Virus record (IMG/VR): IMGVR_UViG_3300023174_000045
Coordinates: 124,001-188,000 of that record
DNA length: 64,000 nucleotides
Direction: 5' to 3' (one strand)
Part shown: one piece after another, positions 43,798 to 52,456 of the stretch
How the letters are laid out: each line of letters opens with the position of its first letter
How positions within the stretch are numbered: position 1 is the first letter of the stretch
Program-made: the position numbers and the translations under genes
The notes under the pieces: generated by a model
Databases searched by the model: none
Told to the model about the DNA's origin: nothing
What the model saw: the letters and a program-made list of their open reading frames with translations, nothing else

Positions 43798-44004
43798 ATG
43801 ACAATTGAGAGTGCCGCAACCTTTTTGGTATGTGTAATTTTATTGAGCTGTGGTATCATAGTGCTGGCCGGTCTAGTATTATTGATCAACAACCTGTTGC
43901 ATCGCTACTGGAAAGATCTAAACTGGACTCTACCTGAGAGCATGCAGTCCGTACGTTATGTTGAAGTTGACAAAACTCAAGAACCCCATTTAGACCGCAA
44001 GTAA
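43798..44004 (+). CDS. Small membrane protein
   Basis: N-terminal hydrophobic helix. Confidence 0.6.
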   Translation: MTIESAATFLVCVILLSCGIIVLAGLVLLINNLLHRYWKDLNWTLPESMQSVRYVEVDKTQEPHLDRK

Positions 44005-44048
44005 TACCGACCCCTTGACGGTTTAGGTCCCTTGTACTTGCGGTCTAA
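43990..44048 (+). other. 14-bp inverted repeat before tRNA-Pro
   Basis: TTAGACCGCAAGTA / TACTTGCGGTCTAA. Confidence 0.7.
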
Positions 44049-44055
44049 TTTTTTA

Positions 44056-44129
44056 CTCCGATTGGTGAAATGGTATCATTCATGGTTTGGGACCATGTGG
44101 CGCAAGTTCGATTCTTGCATCGGAGACCA
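44056..44129 (+). tRNA. tRNA-Pro(TGG)
   Basis: Cloverleaf, CCA. Confidence 0.9.
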
Positions 44130-44135
44130 TGTAAT

Positions 44136-44213
44136 GCAACGGTGGCAGAGCGGCCCAATGCACGGGATTGCAAATCCCGAAAACCACTGGTTCAAATCCA
44201 GTCCGTTGCTCCA
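44136..44213 (+). tRNA. tRNA-Cys(GCA)
   Basis: U73, CCA. Confidence 0.92.
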
Positions 44214-44227
44214 ACAAGAAAGTACCT

Positions 44228-44473
44228 ATGTGGGAATATGTTTTAACGTTTTTTGCTGTGTTGTTCACAGATATTTTTTATACCTACTACCTAAAAGCAG
44301 TACAAGATGAACGTGTGATGGCTGCCAGTGTTTGGGCCACTGTTGTATTTTTGGTAGCCTGCGTAGCAGTGATCAACTACACAACAAATTACTGGTTGCT
44401 GATTCCTGCAGGGCTAGGTGCGTTTTGTGGCACTTGGATAGGCATGAGATTACGGGCTCAACAAAAGCAGTAG
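44228..44473 (+). CDS. Small multi-TM protein (DUF2179-like)
   Basis: Three hydrophobic helices, GAFCGTWIG. Confidence 0.6.
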   Translation: MWEYVLTFFAVLFTDIFYTYYLKAVQDERVMAASVWATVVFLVACVAVINYTTNYWLLIPAGLGAFCGTWIGMRLRAQQKQ

Positions 44474-44493
44474 TGATCGTCTATAAATATAGC

Positions 44494-44889
44494 ATGTCCA
44501 TTTACAATCAGTATTTTTGCCAACATTGTCGTTCTGCGTATTCTAGATCACAAGAAAAATTAACTCCAGGATATTGCAGTTTGAATTGTTCTGTGGTTGA
44601 GTCAAAAAGACAGTCGCAAAAAACTTTCAAAGAACTAACTTTGGAAGACAGAATCAAAAATCGACCTGGTGGCACATATCTTGAGTACAACAGTGGTATT
44701 CCTCCTGAACTGGCTGTAGAAACAACCCCAGTCAAAAGAAGAGAGTACAAATGTGTTTGTTGCGGCATTGCTGATTACAATGGCCGTCCGTTGAAACTAC
44801 AACTGTTTCACCATGACGGTAATCAAAAGAATTTTGACCCAGACAATGTTAAATTTTTGTGTCCAAATTGTTTGAGCCAACATCAATAA
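44494..44889 (+). CDS. HNH-family protein, possibly degenerate
   Basis: CVCC, LQLFHHDGN..N..FLCPNCL; TATAAATA upstream. Confidence 0.7.
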   Translation: MSIYNQYFCQHCRSAYSRSQEKLTPGYCSLNCSVVESKRQSQKTFKELTLEDRIKNRPGGTYLEYNSGIPPELAVETTPVKRREYKCVCCGIADYNGRPLKLQLFHHDGNQKNFDPDNVKFLCPNCLSQHQ

Positions 44890-44895
44890 ATCAAA

Positions 44896-44985
44896 GGAAG
44901 TGTGGCAGAGTCCGGCTGATTGCACCTGTCTTGAAAACAGACGGCTCGAAAGGGTCCGTGAGTTCGAATCTCACCGCTTCCACCA
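44896..44985 (+). tRNA. tRNA-Ser(TGA)
   Basis: Long variable arm; A73 rather than G73. Confidence 0.88.
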
Positions 44986-44991
44986 AAAATC

Positions 44992-45066
44992 GCCTTGTTA
45001 ACTCAGCGGTAGAGTAGCGCCTTTACACGGCGAATGTCGGCGGTTCGATCCCGTCACAAGGTACCA
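44992..45066 (+). tRNA. tRNA-Val(TAC)
   Basis: Cloverleaf, CCA. Confidence 0.92.
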
Positions 45067-45072
45067 ACCAAT

Positions 45073-45148
45073 GGCTCGATAGCTCAGTTGGTAGAGCAGT
45101 AGACTGAAAATCTATGTGTGGGCGGTTCGATCCCGTCTCGAGCCACCA
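45073..45148 (+). tRNA. tRNA-Phe(GAA)
   Basis: Cloverleaf, CCA. Confidence 0.93.
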
Positions 45149-45345
45149 AATGTATTATCCAACACAAACTCATGTTGTTGTGGTTCAAATATGGGATCGT
45201 CTGCATATTGAGGCACAGTGTGTTGGTAAAGAGGATTCACTGTGAATTCTTTGGTTGTGGTCCATGATCGGTTGGGCCTGTAGGGTTCATGGCTAAATGC
45301 GGCATACAGCACCTGCACAGTGTCTCGTAGTTCATATGGAATCAT
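45112..45345 (-). CDS. Possible antisense ORF overlapping tRNA-Phe 3' end
   Basis: 77 aa, TAAATA just upstream on minus strand. Confidence 0.35.
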   Translation of the reverse strand: MIPYELRDTVQVLYAAFSHEPYRPNRSWTTTKEFTVNPLYQHTVPQYADDPIFEPQQHEFVLDNTFGGSRRDRTAHT

Positions 45346-45357
45346 ATTGTATTTAAT

Positions 45358-45434
45358 GCCCCGGTGATGGAATTGGTATACATGCCGGTCTTAGAAGCCG
45401 TATTTTAGGAGTTCGAGTCTCCTCTGGGGCACCA
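45358..45434 (+). tRNA. tRNA-Leu(TAG), short variable loop
   Basis: 77 nt, A73, CCA. Confidence 0.85.
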
Positions 45435-45439
45435 ATTCA

Positions 45440-45514
45440 GGATGTTTAGCACAGCGGTAGTGCATCACCTCGACACGGTGAGGGTCAGTGGTTCAATTCC
45501 ACTAACATCCACCA
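45440..45514 (+). tRNA. tRNA-Val(GAC)
   Basis: Cloverleaf, CCA. Confidence 0.9.
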
Positions 45515-45521
45515 CAAATCT

Positions 45522-45600
45522 GCCCCCATGGACAAATCGGTAAAGTCGTCTCTCTCAAAAGGAGAAGTTGTTCTCTGTTCGAATCAGAGTGGGGGTACCA
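45522..45600 (+). tRNA. tRNA-Leu(CAA), short variable loop
   Basis: 79 nt, A73, CCA. Confidence 0.85.
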
Positions 45601-45608
45601 TTCCTAAT

Positions 45609-45685
45609 GCCCTGGTGGCGCAATTGGTAGACGCACCACTTTGAGGGGGTGTACAGTGTGAGTTCGAGTCTCACCCAGGGCACCA
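45609..45685 (+). tRNA. tRNA-Leu(GAG), short variable loop
   Basis: 77 nt, A73, CCA. Confidence 0.82.
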
Positions 45686-45686
45686 A

Positions 45687-45715
45687 TTGACAACAAATTC
45701 AAAATCAATTACAAT
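45687..45715 (+). promoter_or_regulatory. Internal promoter
   Basis: TTGACA-17-TACAAT. Confidence 0.75.
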
Positions 45716-45723
45716 ACACACAC

Positions 45724-45797
45724 GGGCTGTTAGTTAAATGGGATAACTCTGCCATGGCATGGCAGCATCGGGAGTTCGACTCTCCCACGGTCCACCA
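45724..45797 (+). tRNA. tRNA-Ala(GGC)
   Basis: G3:U70 and A32-U38 as in bacterial Ala(GGC). Confidence 0.92.
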
Positions 45798-45818
45798 CTA
45801 TCAAGAAAGGAGTCAGTG

Positions 45819-46253
45819 ATGAGTGAATTTAACGTATTGGTTGGCAAGCGCATCAATGGCTTGTTCATAGGCGAAGATGCTTGGGCCTTGGTGTTTCGCG
45901 ACATCAATGAACGTTACTATTGTTTTCGCACAGAGAACGATTGTTGCAACGCTGTGTGGTTCAATCACGTAAACGGTGTAGAAACTGTGCTGGGCGAAGG
46001 CAACTTGTTCGATGTCCTGCGTGGTGCCATGGTAACTGCTGTGGAAGACAAAGGCTGGACTGATGATCGCGACGACGAAGATGGCTACGAAGTTGTGCAA
46101 GATGGTTTCTGGACCATAAAAACAGACCGTGGCTACATAGACTTAGAAGTACGCAACAGTCACAACGGCTACTATGGTGGCCGTGTGCGGTATGATGAAG
46201 AGTCCAAGCCTGGTGACATCAAAGATTTACAAGCAGTGACTGAAGATTTTTAA
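45819..46253 (+). CDS. Hypothetical protein
   Basis: SD AAGGAG; RNSHNGYYGG. Confidence 0.75.
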   Translation: MSEFNVLVGKRINGLFIGEDAWALVFRDINERYYCFRTENDCCNAVWFNHVNGVETVLGEGNLFDVLRGAMVTAVEDKGWTDDRDDEDGYEVVQDGFWTIKTDRGYIDLEVRNSHNGYYGGRVRYDEESKPGDIKDLQAVTEDF

Positions 46254-46330
46254 CGGAATATGGCGCAGCCTGGCAGCGCACTTGCATGGGGTGCAAGGGG
46301 TCGCAAGTTCGAATCTTGCTATTCCGACCA
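46254..46330 (+). tRNA. tRNA-Pro(GGG)
   Basis: Cloverleaf, CCA. Confidence 0.92.
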
Positions 46331-46355
46331 ACTATAAATAACCTTGAAAGTGTAT

Positions 46356-46826
46356 ATGAAAAAACTTGATATAGAACAAGTGGCCGAATTTATCCGGACT
46401 CAAAGTCCAGAAACACGCATCTATCTTGGATGCGACAGTGAACGCATCAAAATTGATGGTGCATGGTGGGCTGACTATGTGTTGGCCATTGTGGTTCACA
46501 TCAACGGCAACAACGGTTGCAAACTGTTTGGTGAAGTACATCGTGAACGTGTGTGGGATCAAAAAGCATCCAAGCCGGCCATGCGGCTCATGACTGAAGT
46601 TTACAAAGTTTCAGAACTGTACTTGAAACTGGCAGAAGTGTTGGAAGGGCGCGATGTTGAAGTTCACTTGGACATCAACCCTGACGAAATGCACGGATCA
46701 AGTTGTGTTGTCAGCCAAGCCATCGGTTACATCAAAGGCACATGTAATGTGATTCCTTTTGTGAAGCCTGAGGCTTTTGCAGCCAGCTATGCTGCCGACA
46801 GATTCAAAGGCTTGCGGGCGGCGTAG
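46356..46826 (+). CDS. RNase H-like YkuK/DUF458 family protein
   Basis: IYLGCDS, RLMTEV, EVHLDIN, KPEAFAASYAAD. Confidence 0.8.
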   Translation: MKKLDIEQVAEFIRTQSPETRIYLGCDSERIKIDGAWWADYVLAIVVHINGNNGCKLFGEVHRERVWDQKASKPAMRLMTEVYKVSELYLKLAEVLEGRDVEVHLDINPDEMHGSSCVVSQAIGYIKGTCNVIPFVKPEAFAASYAADRFKGLRAA

Positions 46827-46832
46827 AATATT

Positions 46833-46908
46833 GCGGACGTAGCTCAGTTGGTAGAGCATTACCTTGCCAAGGTAAATGTCGTCGGTTCGAACCCGATCGT
46901 CCGCTCCA
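46833..46908 (+). tRNA. tRNA-Gly(GCC)
   Basis: U73, CCA. Confidence 0.93.
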
Positions 46909-46922
46909 ACTAAAAAGTTTGT

Positions 46923-47576
46923 ATGATCAATCTACCAAAAGAATTTATCTCTGGGCACAGGTATCTTTTTGTGCATGGGCAAAGAAGCAGTGATGCTGAA
47001 TTTGAGGTATGTATTAATGGCAAAACAATCGACAACCCATTTGCAAGCGTTGAACAATTTGATTTAGATCACCCTGATCTTGGTCCAACGCAGTACGCAT
47101 TCAGCACTGAAACTTCTTTTTTGGGAGCCAGGACCATCTGCATCAAAATGCTTAAAGGGTCATTGACTTTGACAAGAGCTAGGGTAAGTTATCCTGCCAA
47201 GATAACCAACAGCGAAGGTATTGACTCATTTGGTTACTATTCATTGTTTCAGCCCATTGGTGATCCAAAGTGGCTTGTTAAGATAAATGGTCAGTTACAA
47301 ACGCTGGAACCACAAGATCAACATTTAACTGGCGAAGTCCACCACAGCATAACTGCTGGAGATGTCCTAGAATACTATCATGTCATGATTGAAGGTCCGA
47401 GCCACTGGTGTATTGCCTATTCACAATCTATACACAATGGAATAATTGATCAACAAGATCCCAACATTGAATCTATATTGCCTATTGATAATCAATCTGG
47501 AGTTGATTATCAATCCAGTAACAATCGATTGAACATTTTAAAAAATCAGCTTTTGGCTGATTACAAAAATAGCTGA
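46923..47576 (+). CDS. Hypothetical protein
   Basis: 217 aa; stop lies inside tRNA-Thr 5' end. Confidence 0.65.
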   Translation: MINLPKEFISGHRYLFVHGQRSSDAEFEVCINGKTIDNPFASVEQFDLDHPDLGPTQYAFSTETSFLGARTICIKMLKGSLTLTRARVSYPAKITNSEGIDSFGYYSLFQPIGDPKWLVKINGQLQTLEPQDQHLTGEVHHSITAGDVLEYYHVMIEGPSHWCIAYSQSIHNGIIDQQDPNIESILPIDNQSGVDYQSSNNRLNILKNQLLADYKNS

Positions 47577-47646
47577 TGTGGCACAGTGGTAGCGCACTCC
47601 CTTGGTAAGGGAGAGGTCGCGGGTTCAATCCCCGCCATCAGCACCA
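47572..47646 (+). tRNA. tRNA-Thr(GGT)
   Basis: Cloverleaf, CCA. Confidence 0.93.
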
Positions 47647-47651
47647 GACAA

Positions 47652-47726
47652 CGGCCTTTGGTGAAATGGATATCATGCTTGTCTTCGAAACAAGCGGTGG
47701 CGGTTCGATCCCGTCAGGGCTGGCCA
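47652..47726 (+). tRNA. tRNA-Arg(TCG)
   Basis: Cloverleaf, CCA. Confidence 0.9.
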
Positions 47727-48955
47727 TTTAATGCTACAGGCTTACTGGAAAAAGTCTTGTAGTTTAGCACTGTGTAGTTGTCATACAGTGTCTTATCAAC
47801 CCAAGGAGTTAGTCCACCGTTGGTAATGTCTCCTATAGACAGAGATGTTTCACCAATGCGATGCGCAACTTCATTCAGCACCTCGCCTAACACAGTGCGA
47901 ATATGAGGGTGCTGTTGTTCCAACACACGCAATACTGGCAGTTCAAACTGCATAAAAAATCCATAGTCCACTTGTTTGTCTGCTTGCCAGGCTCGCGAAT
48001 CGAACCCTGGATACAAATGGCACCGCATGGTGTCTTGCACATATCTGCTGAACTTTAATTCAGCCCGATCATTTTCGCTGGTGGCTTGATTGTGTGCTCT
48101 TGCTATCACAGGATCTTGTTTACACAAATTAATCAATTCATACCATCCACGTATGGCCAGTTCAGGCAGGTCTGGTGTCCAATAAAACGGTTCCCAAATT
48201 ACATTGTCTGGAAAGCCGTTGCTCCGAGTGCAGTAAGTGTAGTTACGTATCAGTCCTTCGGGGAAGAAGCCTTGATAGGTGTTGCCTGTTTGCATCACAC
48301 AAGGTTTGTCCAAGCCCAACATCAGTGCGGCACGACGATTGCCTATGCGCCGTTGCAGTTGCGCATCGGTGGCCACACTGAGCCAACGTCCAAAGAACAC
48401 ACCTGGTTTGGGACGACTATCCTTGAACACTTGTTCTGCGTCTTTATACGACTCAGCTACACGATCCAACCACTCTATTTTGATTACACCTGTGCCTGGA
48501 TGCTCATGTGCATAGCGTTCAGCATAGGGAACGGCATGATACTTGATTTCTCCGTACCAGTTATCTGGATTCAAATTGTTGAATGGTGTTGAATTTTCCA
48601 ACTCCTGTGTGACGAACACAATGATGTCATCTATGCGCAGGCCTTGTGCTGAGAAACTTTCAATGATATTGCGACTATCCCAGCCGCCACTGAACATCAC
48701 AGCCACATAGTCGTACTGTTCACGTATTTGTCTTGCTCTAGCATAGTAAAGTTCTTTCAAACTTTGATTGCGCCAGTGTCCTGCTGAATGTGCTTGAGCC
48801 CATACATCATCATAGTAATGCCAAGACACTGGTTGACCAGTGCGATGCCCTGCTTCCAGCGCATCTCGGTTTGAGTAAAACCAACTGTCGCCCACAGTGT
48901 AATGGCCCAGTGGACTGTACAACACTTCACCCACTGAATCTGGAACGTATATCAT
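47714..48955 (-). CDS. PP-loop (N-type ATP pyrophosphatase) protein
   Basis: VAVMFSGGWDS; start at overlap with upstream stop. Confidence 0.7.
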   Translation of the reverse strand: MIYVPDSVGEVLYSPLGHYTVGDSWFYSNRDALEAGHRTGQPVSWHYYDDVWAQAHSAGHWRNQSLKELYYARARQIREQYDYVAVMFSGGWDSRNIIESFSAQGLRIDDIIVFVTQELENSTPFNNLNPDNWYGEIKYHAVPYAERYAHEHPGTGVIKIEWLDRVAESYKDAEQVFKDSRPKPGVFFGRWLSVATDAQLQRRIGNRRAALMLGLDKPCVMQTGNTYQGFFPEGLIRNYTYCTRSNGFPDNVIWEPFYWTPDLPELAIRGWYELINLCKQDPVIARAHNQATSENDRAELKFSRYVQDTMRCHLYPGFDSRAWQADKQVDYGFFMQFELPVLRVLEQQHPHIRTVLGEVLNEVAHRIGETSLSIGDITNGGLTPWVDKTLYDNYTVLNYKTFSSKPVALNGQP

Positions 48956-49857
48956 GCTAGTAAGAACTCCCGAACACGATCCAGTGCTGACTGATAACCA
49001 TGTTCCCACAGTGCAAAGTGTGTGGCACCGGGTATGGTATACGTTTGCAACTCAGCCATAGCAAAATATTCACATGCGCGATCAAACCAATCTTGCGGAA
49101 CATCCACATCATGTTCGCCACGAGTAAACAAAATTGGCACCCCGGCCAATGCGTCCACATCAAAGCCATGATTGTCATGCAACAAGGGCCAGTTGATCCT
49201 GTCCAACCACCATGTTCTAGGTGCAGTCCACGAATCCAAGTTGTAAGAAGTATAGTCTTGTGTGAGTCTTTGCATTTCCTTGTACCAAGAATCCACACGC
49301 TGTGGCTTGCCTATTTCACGATCACTGATTTTATTGAGTTGTTGCTCTACCAGCATATCCAAACTGGTACTCCAGTAGCCCGATTCAGTAGCAGTACGTT
49401 GCCACAGTCGTATCATAGCAGGGTGTTGTTGGCACCAGGTGGTATCAAACACCGTAGGGCTCATTACCACAGCACGATTGACCACGCCTTGTGCAGCCAG
49501 CACCAGTGGGACCATGGTGGTGTTGCAGAAGCCTAGTGCGGCAATGTTATTGTACCCAGGCAAGGTTTCAGTCACAGCCGCAATCTGTTCAGCAAAGTAA
49601 ATTCTATTGTAGTCAGGGCGCGACACACCTGTGCTGTTGCCAAATCCCAAAGCATCTACCATGTACACATCCACACCTTGTTCAGCCAATTGTTCAGCAT
49701 GTGTTGTACCTGTGCCTGGATCAAAATGCCAAAAGTTTCTGCCACTCATTGAACGGCCAGGTAAGATTATCACAGCACGTTGATTGTTGGGTGCAGTGAC
49801 TCGGTGAACATAAATGTTCCCTGATTCAAACGGTACGTAATAGTGTGGAATAACCAT
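48952..49857 (-). CDS. Alpha/beta hydrolase with Cys nucleophile
   Basis: GFGNS, GFCNT elbow, GEHD, THF. Confidence 0.75.
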   Translation of the reverse strand: MVIPHYYVPFESGNIYVHRVTAPNNQRAVIILPGRSMSGRNFWHFDPGTGTTHAEQLAEQGVDVYMVDALGFGNSTGVSRPDYNRIYFAEQIAAVTETLPGYNNIAALGFCNTTMVPLVLAAQGVVNRAVVMSPTVFDTTWCQQHPAMIRLWQRTATESGYWSTSLDMLVEQQLNKISDREIGKPQRVDSWYKEMQRLTQDYTSYNLDSWTAPRTWWLDRINWPLLHDNHGFDVDALAGVPILFTRGEHDVDVPQDWFDRACEYFAMAELQTYTIPGATHFALWEHGYQSALDRVREFLLA

Positions 49858-50695
49858 CCAGTGTCCAGGCTTTTTGTATGAGTTTTTTCAGTGTGTACTG
49901 TTCAGGTGACACTGAAAACTTTTGAGATTCAAATTCAGTAACAGGCACAATGTCTCCAGCTGTGCTGGTAACAAACATGTCAGTGGCAGCTTCTAGCATG
50001 CCCGCATCAATGTCTGAATATTTATAGTTGATACCATGAGCATCACACAACTGTTGCACAAGATGCATGGTAATTCCGCCCAGTACGTTTTGTCGTGGTA
50101 TGTGTATGACTGAATCAATGACCACAGCCACATTAAATCCAGGTCCTTCAGTCAAATGCCCATTGTGATCCAACAGCACTGCACTGTCATATCCACGGTC
50201 TTGGGCCTGCCATTGGCTTTGTGTTAGATCTTGCCAGGCCCAGTTTTTGTAACTCTGATTGATAGATGTTGAAGGAACTCGTTGAGTTGTGCTCAAGCAC
50301 AGTCTAGCAGAGTTGGCCACATTGAATCCGTAATAGGGTTTGACATAGGCCATGACTTGTGTGTTGCAACGGGTTAAGTCTCTAGGGTTACCTGAATCAG
50401 GAATACCTCTTGTGACCACAAACCAAACAAACGCTGATTCTAATTTGCTACGGTTGTATAACTCTGCCACCACGGTTTTTAATTCTTCACTGGTGTACAG
50501 CAAAGGCAATCGCCAACCACGACAACTGTTCTCTAATCTGTTGATATGTTGATTGAGTTGTAATGCTCGGCCATGTTTGACTGCCAACACGTCATAGGTG
50601 GCATCTGAGTGTACCACACCCAGATCCATGATGCTCAAGGAGAGATCGGCAAGATTGCAATAGGTTCCATTGCGCCAGGCAGGAAAGTTGTTCAT
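49826..50695 (-). CDS. Fold-type IV PLP aminotransferase, (R)-amine transaminase-like
   Basis: HSDATYDV, YKNWAWQDL, EGPGFN, LGGIT, TSTAG. Confidence 0.85.
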   Translation of the reverse strand: MNNFPAWRNGTYCNLADLSLSIMDLGVVHSDATYDVLAVKHGRALQLNQHINRLENSCRGWRLPLLYTSEELKTVVAELYNRSKLESAFVWFVVTRGIPDSGNPRDLTRCNTQVMAYVKPYYGFNVANSARLCLSTTQRVPSTSINQSYKNWAWQDLTQSQWQAQDRGYDSAVLLDHNGHLTEGPGFNVAVVIDSVIHIPRQNVLGGITMHLVQQLCDAHGINYKYSDIDAGMLEAATDMFVTSTAGDIVPVTEFESQKFSVSPEQYTLKKLIQKAWTLDGYSTLLRTV

Positions 50696-50858
50696 GATAT
50701 ATTATATAATAAATTTTGGTAAAACGCAATAGAAAATGCCAAACATCAACATTAAAAAATACAATGGCAAAAACCGTAGATCTCCACTATAGACATGCTA
50801 TATACTAGTGTTAATACTAATAGACTTAGTATTTCATTCATTAACACAAGGAGATAAA

Positions 50859-51392
50859 ATGAAAACAGTTGGCGATAAAATTGAAAAGTTTGCAGTGACC
50901 GGAATCAACCCTGGTAAAGATGATTTCTTTACTATCACAGATGAGAGTTTTGCCGGCAAGTGGAAAGTGATTGCTTTCTATCCCAAAGACTTTACATTTG
51001 TTTGCCCCACAGAGATTGTGGCCTATGACAAGTTGAACTCGGACTTTGCTGACCGTGATGCTGTATTGCTTACAGGTAGCACAGACAATGAGTTCTGCAA
51101 ACTAGCATGGCAACGTAGTCATGAAGACTTGAGCAAGATCACCCACATTCAGTTTGCTGACACACAGCGTGGTGAACTCAGTTTGGTTGAACAACTGGGT
51201 GTGTTCTTTGCACCAGCAGGTGCGGCACTTCGTGCTACATTCATTGTGGACCCAGACAATGTGATCCAACACGTGACTGTGAACAACTTGAATGTTGGTC
51301 GTAGCCCAGAAGAATCTTTGCGTATTTTGGACGCATTGCAAACTGGCGAACTGTGTGCTTGTAACCGTACTGTGGGCGGGGAGACACTGTAA
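50859..51392 (+). CDS. ahpC: Peroxiredoxin
   Basis: FYPKDFTFVCPTE, GELC. Confidence 0.95.
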   Translation: MKTVGDKIEKFAVTGINPGKDDFFTITDESFAGKWKVIAFYPKDFTFVCPTEIVAYDKLNSDFADRDAVLLTGSTDNEFCKLAWQRSHEDLSKITHIQFADTQRGELSLVEQLGVFFAPAGAALRATFIVDPDNVIQHVTVNNLNVGRSPEESLRILDALQTGELCACNRTVGGETL

Positions 51393-51898
51393 TGGCATTC
51401 ATTGACTCCGTAAAGGAAGCGTTGCCAGACTACGCCAAGGACACCAAGTTAAATCTTGACGCTGTTCTTTTGCGTAGTACTTTGGATGCAGATGTGGCCA
51501 TGGGTTGTGCTGTGGCCGCACTGGCTGCAACTGGTAACGGTAAAATCCTATCAGTAATTTTAGCAGATGCTCCAGTACATGCAGAGTCAGCAATGACAGC
51601 GGCTAGTATCATGGCACAGAACAATGTATGGTATCCATATGTTGAAATGGCAGATGATCCTGCATTAAAAGGTTTACCGGCAGGATTGCGCATGAATGCT
51701 ATTGCGTCACATGGTGGAACTACCAAATCAAACTTTGAGGCGTTTAGCCTTGCTGCCAGCATTGTGGGCAAGTGTCACTTCTGTGTGAAAGCACACTACG
51801 AAACGCTCAAGCAAGAAGGTTACACAGTTGAACAGCTTCGTGACATTGGAAGAATTGCAGCCGTAATGAATTCGGTTGCCAAAGTTTTAAACGCTTGA
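51392..51898 (+). CDS. ahpD: Alkylhydroperoxidase reductant
   Basis: NNVWYP, SIVGKCHFC..AH. Confidence 0.9.
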   Translation: MAFIDSVKEALPDYAKDTKLNLDAVLLRSTLDADVAMGCAVAALAATGNGKILSVILADAPVHAESAMTAASIMAQNNVWYPYVEMADDPALKGLPAGLRMNAIASHGGTTKSNFEAFSLAASIVGKCHFCVKAHYETLKQEGYTVEQLRDIGRIAAVMNSVAKVLNA

Positions 51899-51900
51899 TC

Positions 51901-51955
51901 AAAAGGGTCCAATGGGCCCTTTTTCATTGACACACAATGGATTCTTTGTTATACT
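51901..51955 (+). terminator. Terminator followed by promoter
   Basis: AAAAGGGTCC/GGGCCCTTTT; TTGACA-17-TATACT at 51927. Confidence 0.75.
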
Positions 51956-51980
51956 GTATGCCAAGGATGTAAATAACAGT

Positions 51981-52163
51981 ATGACTGAACAAACTGAACC
52001 TAAAAAATTTACCGATACGTTGAAAGACGCATTAGCCAAAAAACACGCGGCTGCTCATCCTGATGCCAAAACCAAAACAGGCAAAAGTGGCAAAACCAAA
52101 AAATCTGGCACTCCTGTGGTAGCAGGGAGACCTGTGCAACGAGCAGTGGGACGTGGTGGATGA
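51981..52163 (+). CDS. Small basic protein
   Basis: Lys-rich, 60 aa. Confidence 0.65.
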   Translation: MTEQTEPKKFTDTLKDALAKKHAAAHPDAKTKTGKSGKTKKSGTPVVAGRPVQRAVGRGG

Positions 52164-52456
52164 GCAACGAATTAGCCCGATTTGTCAACAGCCGACGGCG
52201 ACACAAAACTGATGTGGCTGTGGCCAGGCAAGTCAAGATTGCTCGAGCACACAATAGTACTTCAGATGTTAAGCAACCACATCGACTTGCAAAACGTCAT
52301 GCCATGGACTGTGGTAACCCGCAATGTTACTTGTGTGGCAACCCACGCAAGACACACAAAGACAAACTGACACAACAAGAAAAACGCTTGTTCCAAGACT
52401 TGGAACAACAAACAGATCGACATTCAAACGGATTATCAACCAAGGAAGAACCATGA
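52160..52456 (+). CDS. Basic protein with CGNPQCYLC
   Basis: ATGA overlaps. Confidence 0.7.
   Translation: MSNELARFVNSRRRHKTDVAVARQVKIARAHNSTSDVKQPHRLAKRHAMDCGNPQCYLCGNPRKTHKDKLTQQEKRLFQDLEQQTDRHSNGLSTKEEP

Noticed and set aside
45358-45434. tRNA with TAG anticodon as amber suppressor / genome recoding
   Set aside because: Anticodon TAG reads CTA (Leu); no CTA/TTA/TCA anticodons; genes end normally at TAA, TGA and TAG.
47714-48955. PP-loop protein as QueC or TilS
   Set aside because: Has SGGxDS but lacks the QueC C-terminal Zn-cysteine cluster and recognisable TilS motifs.
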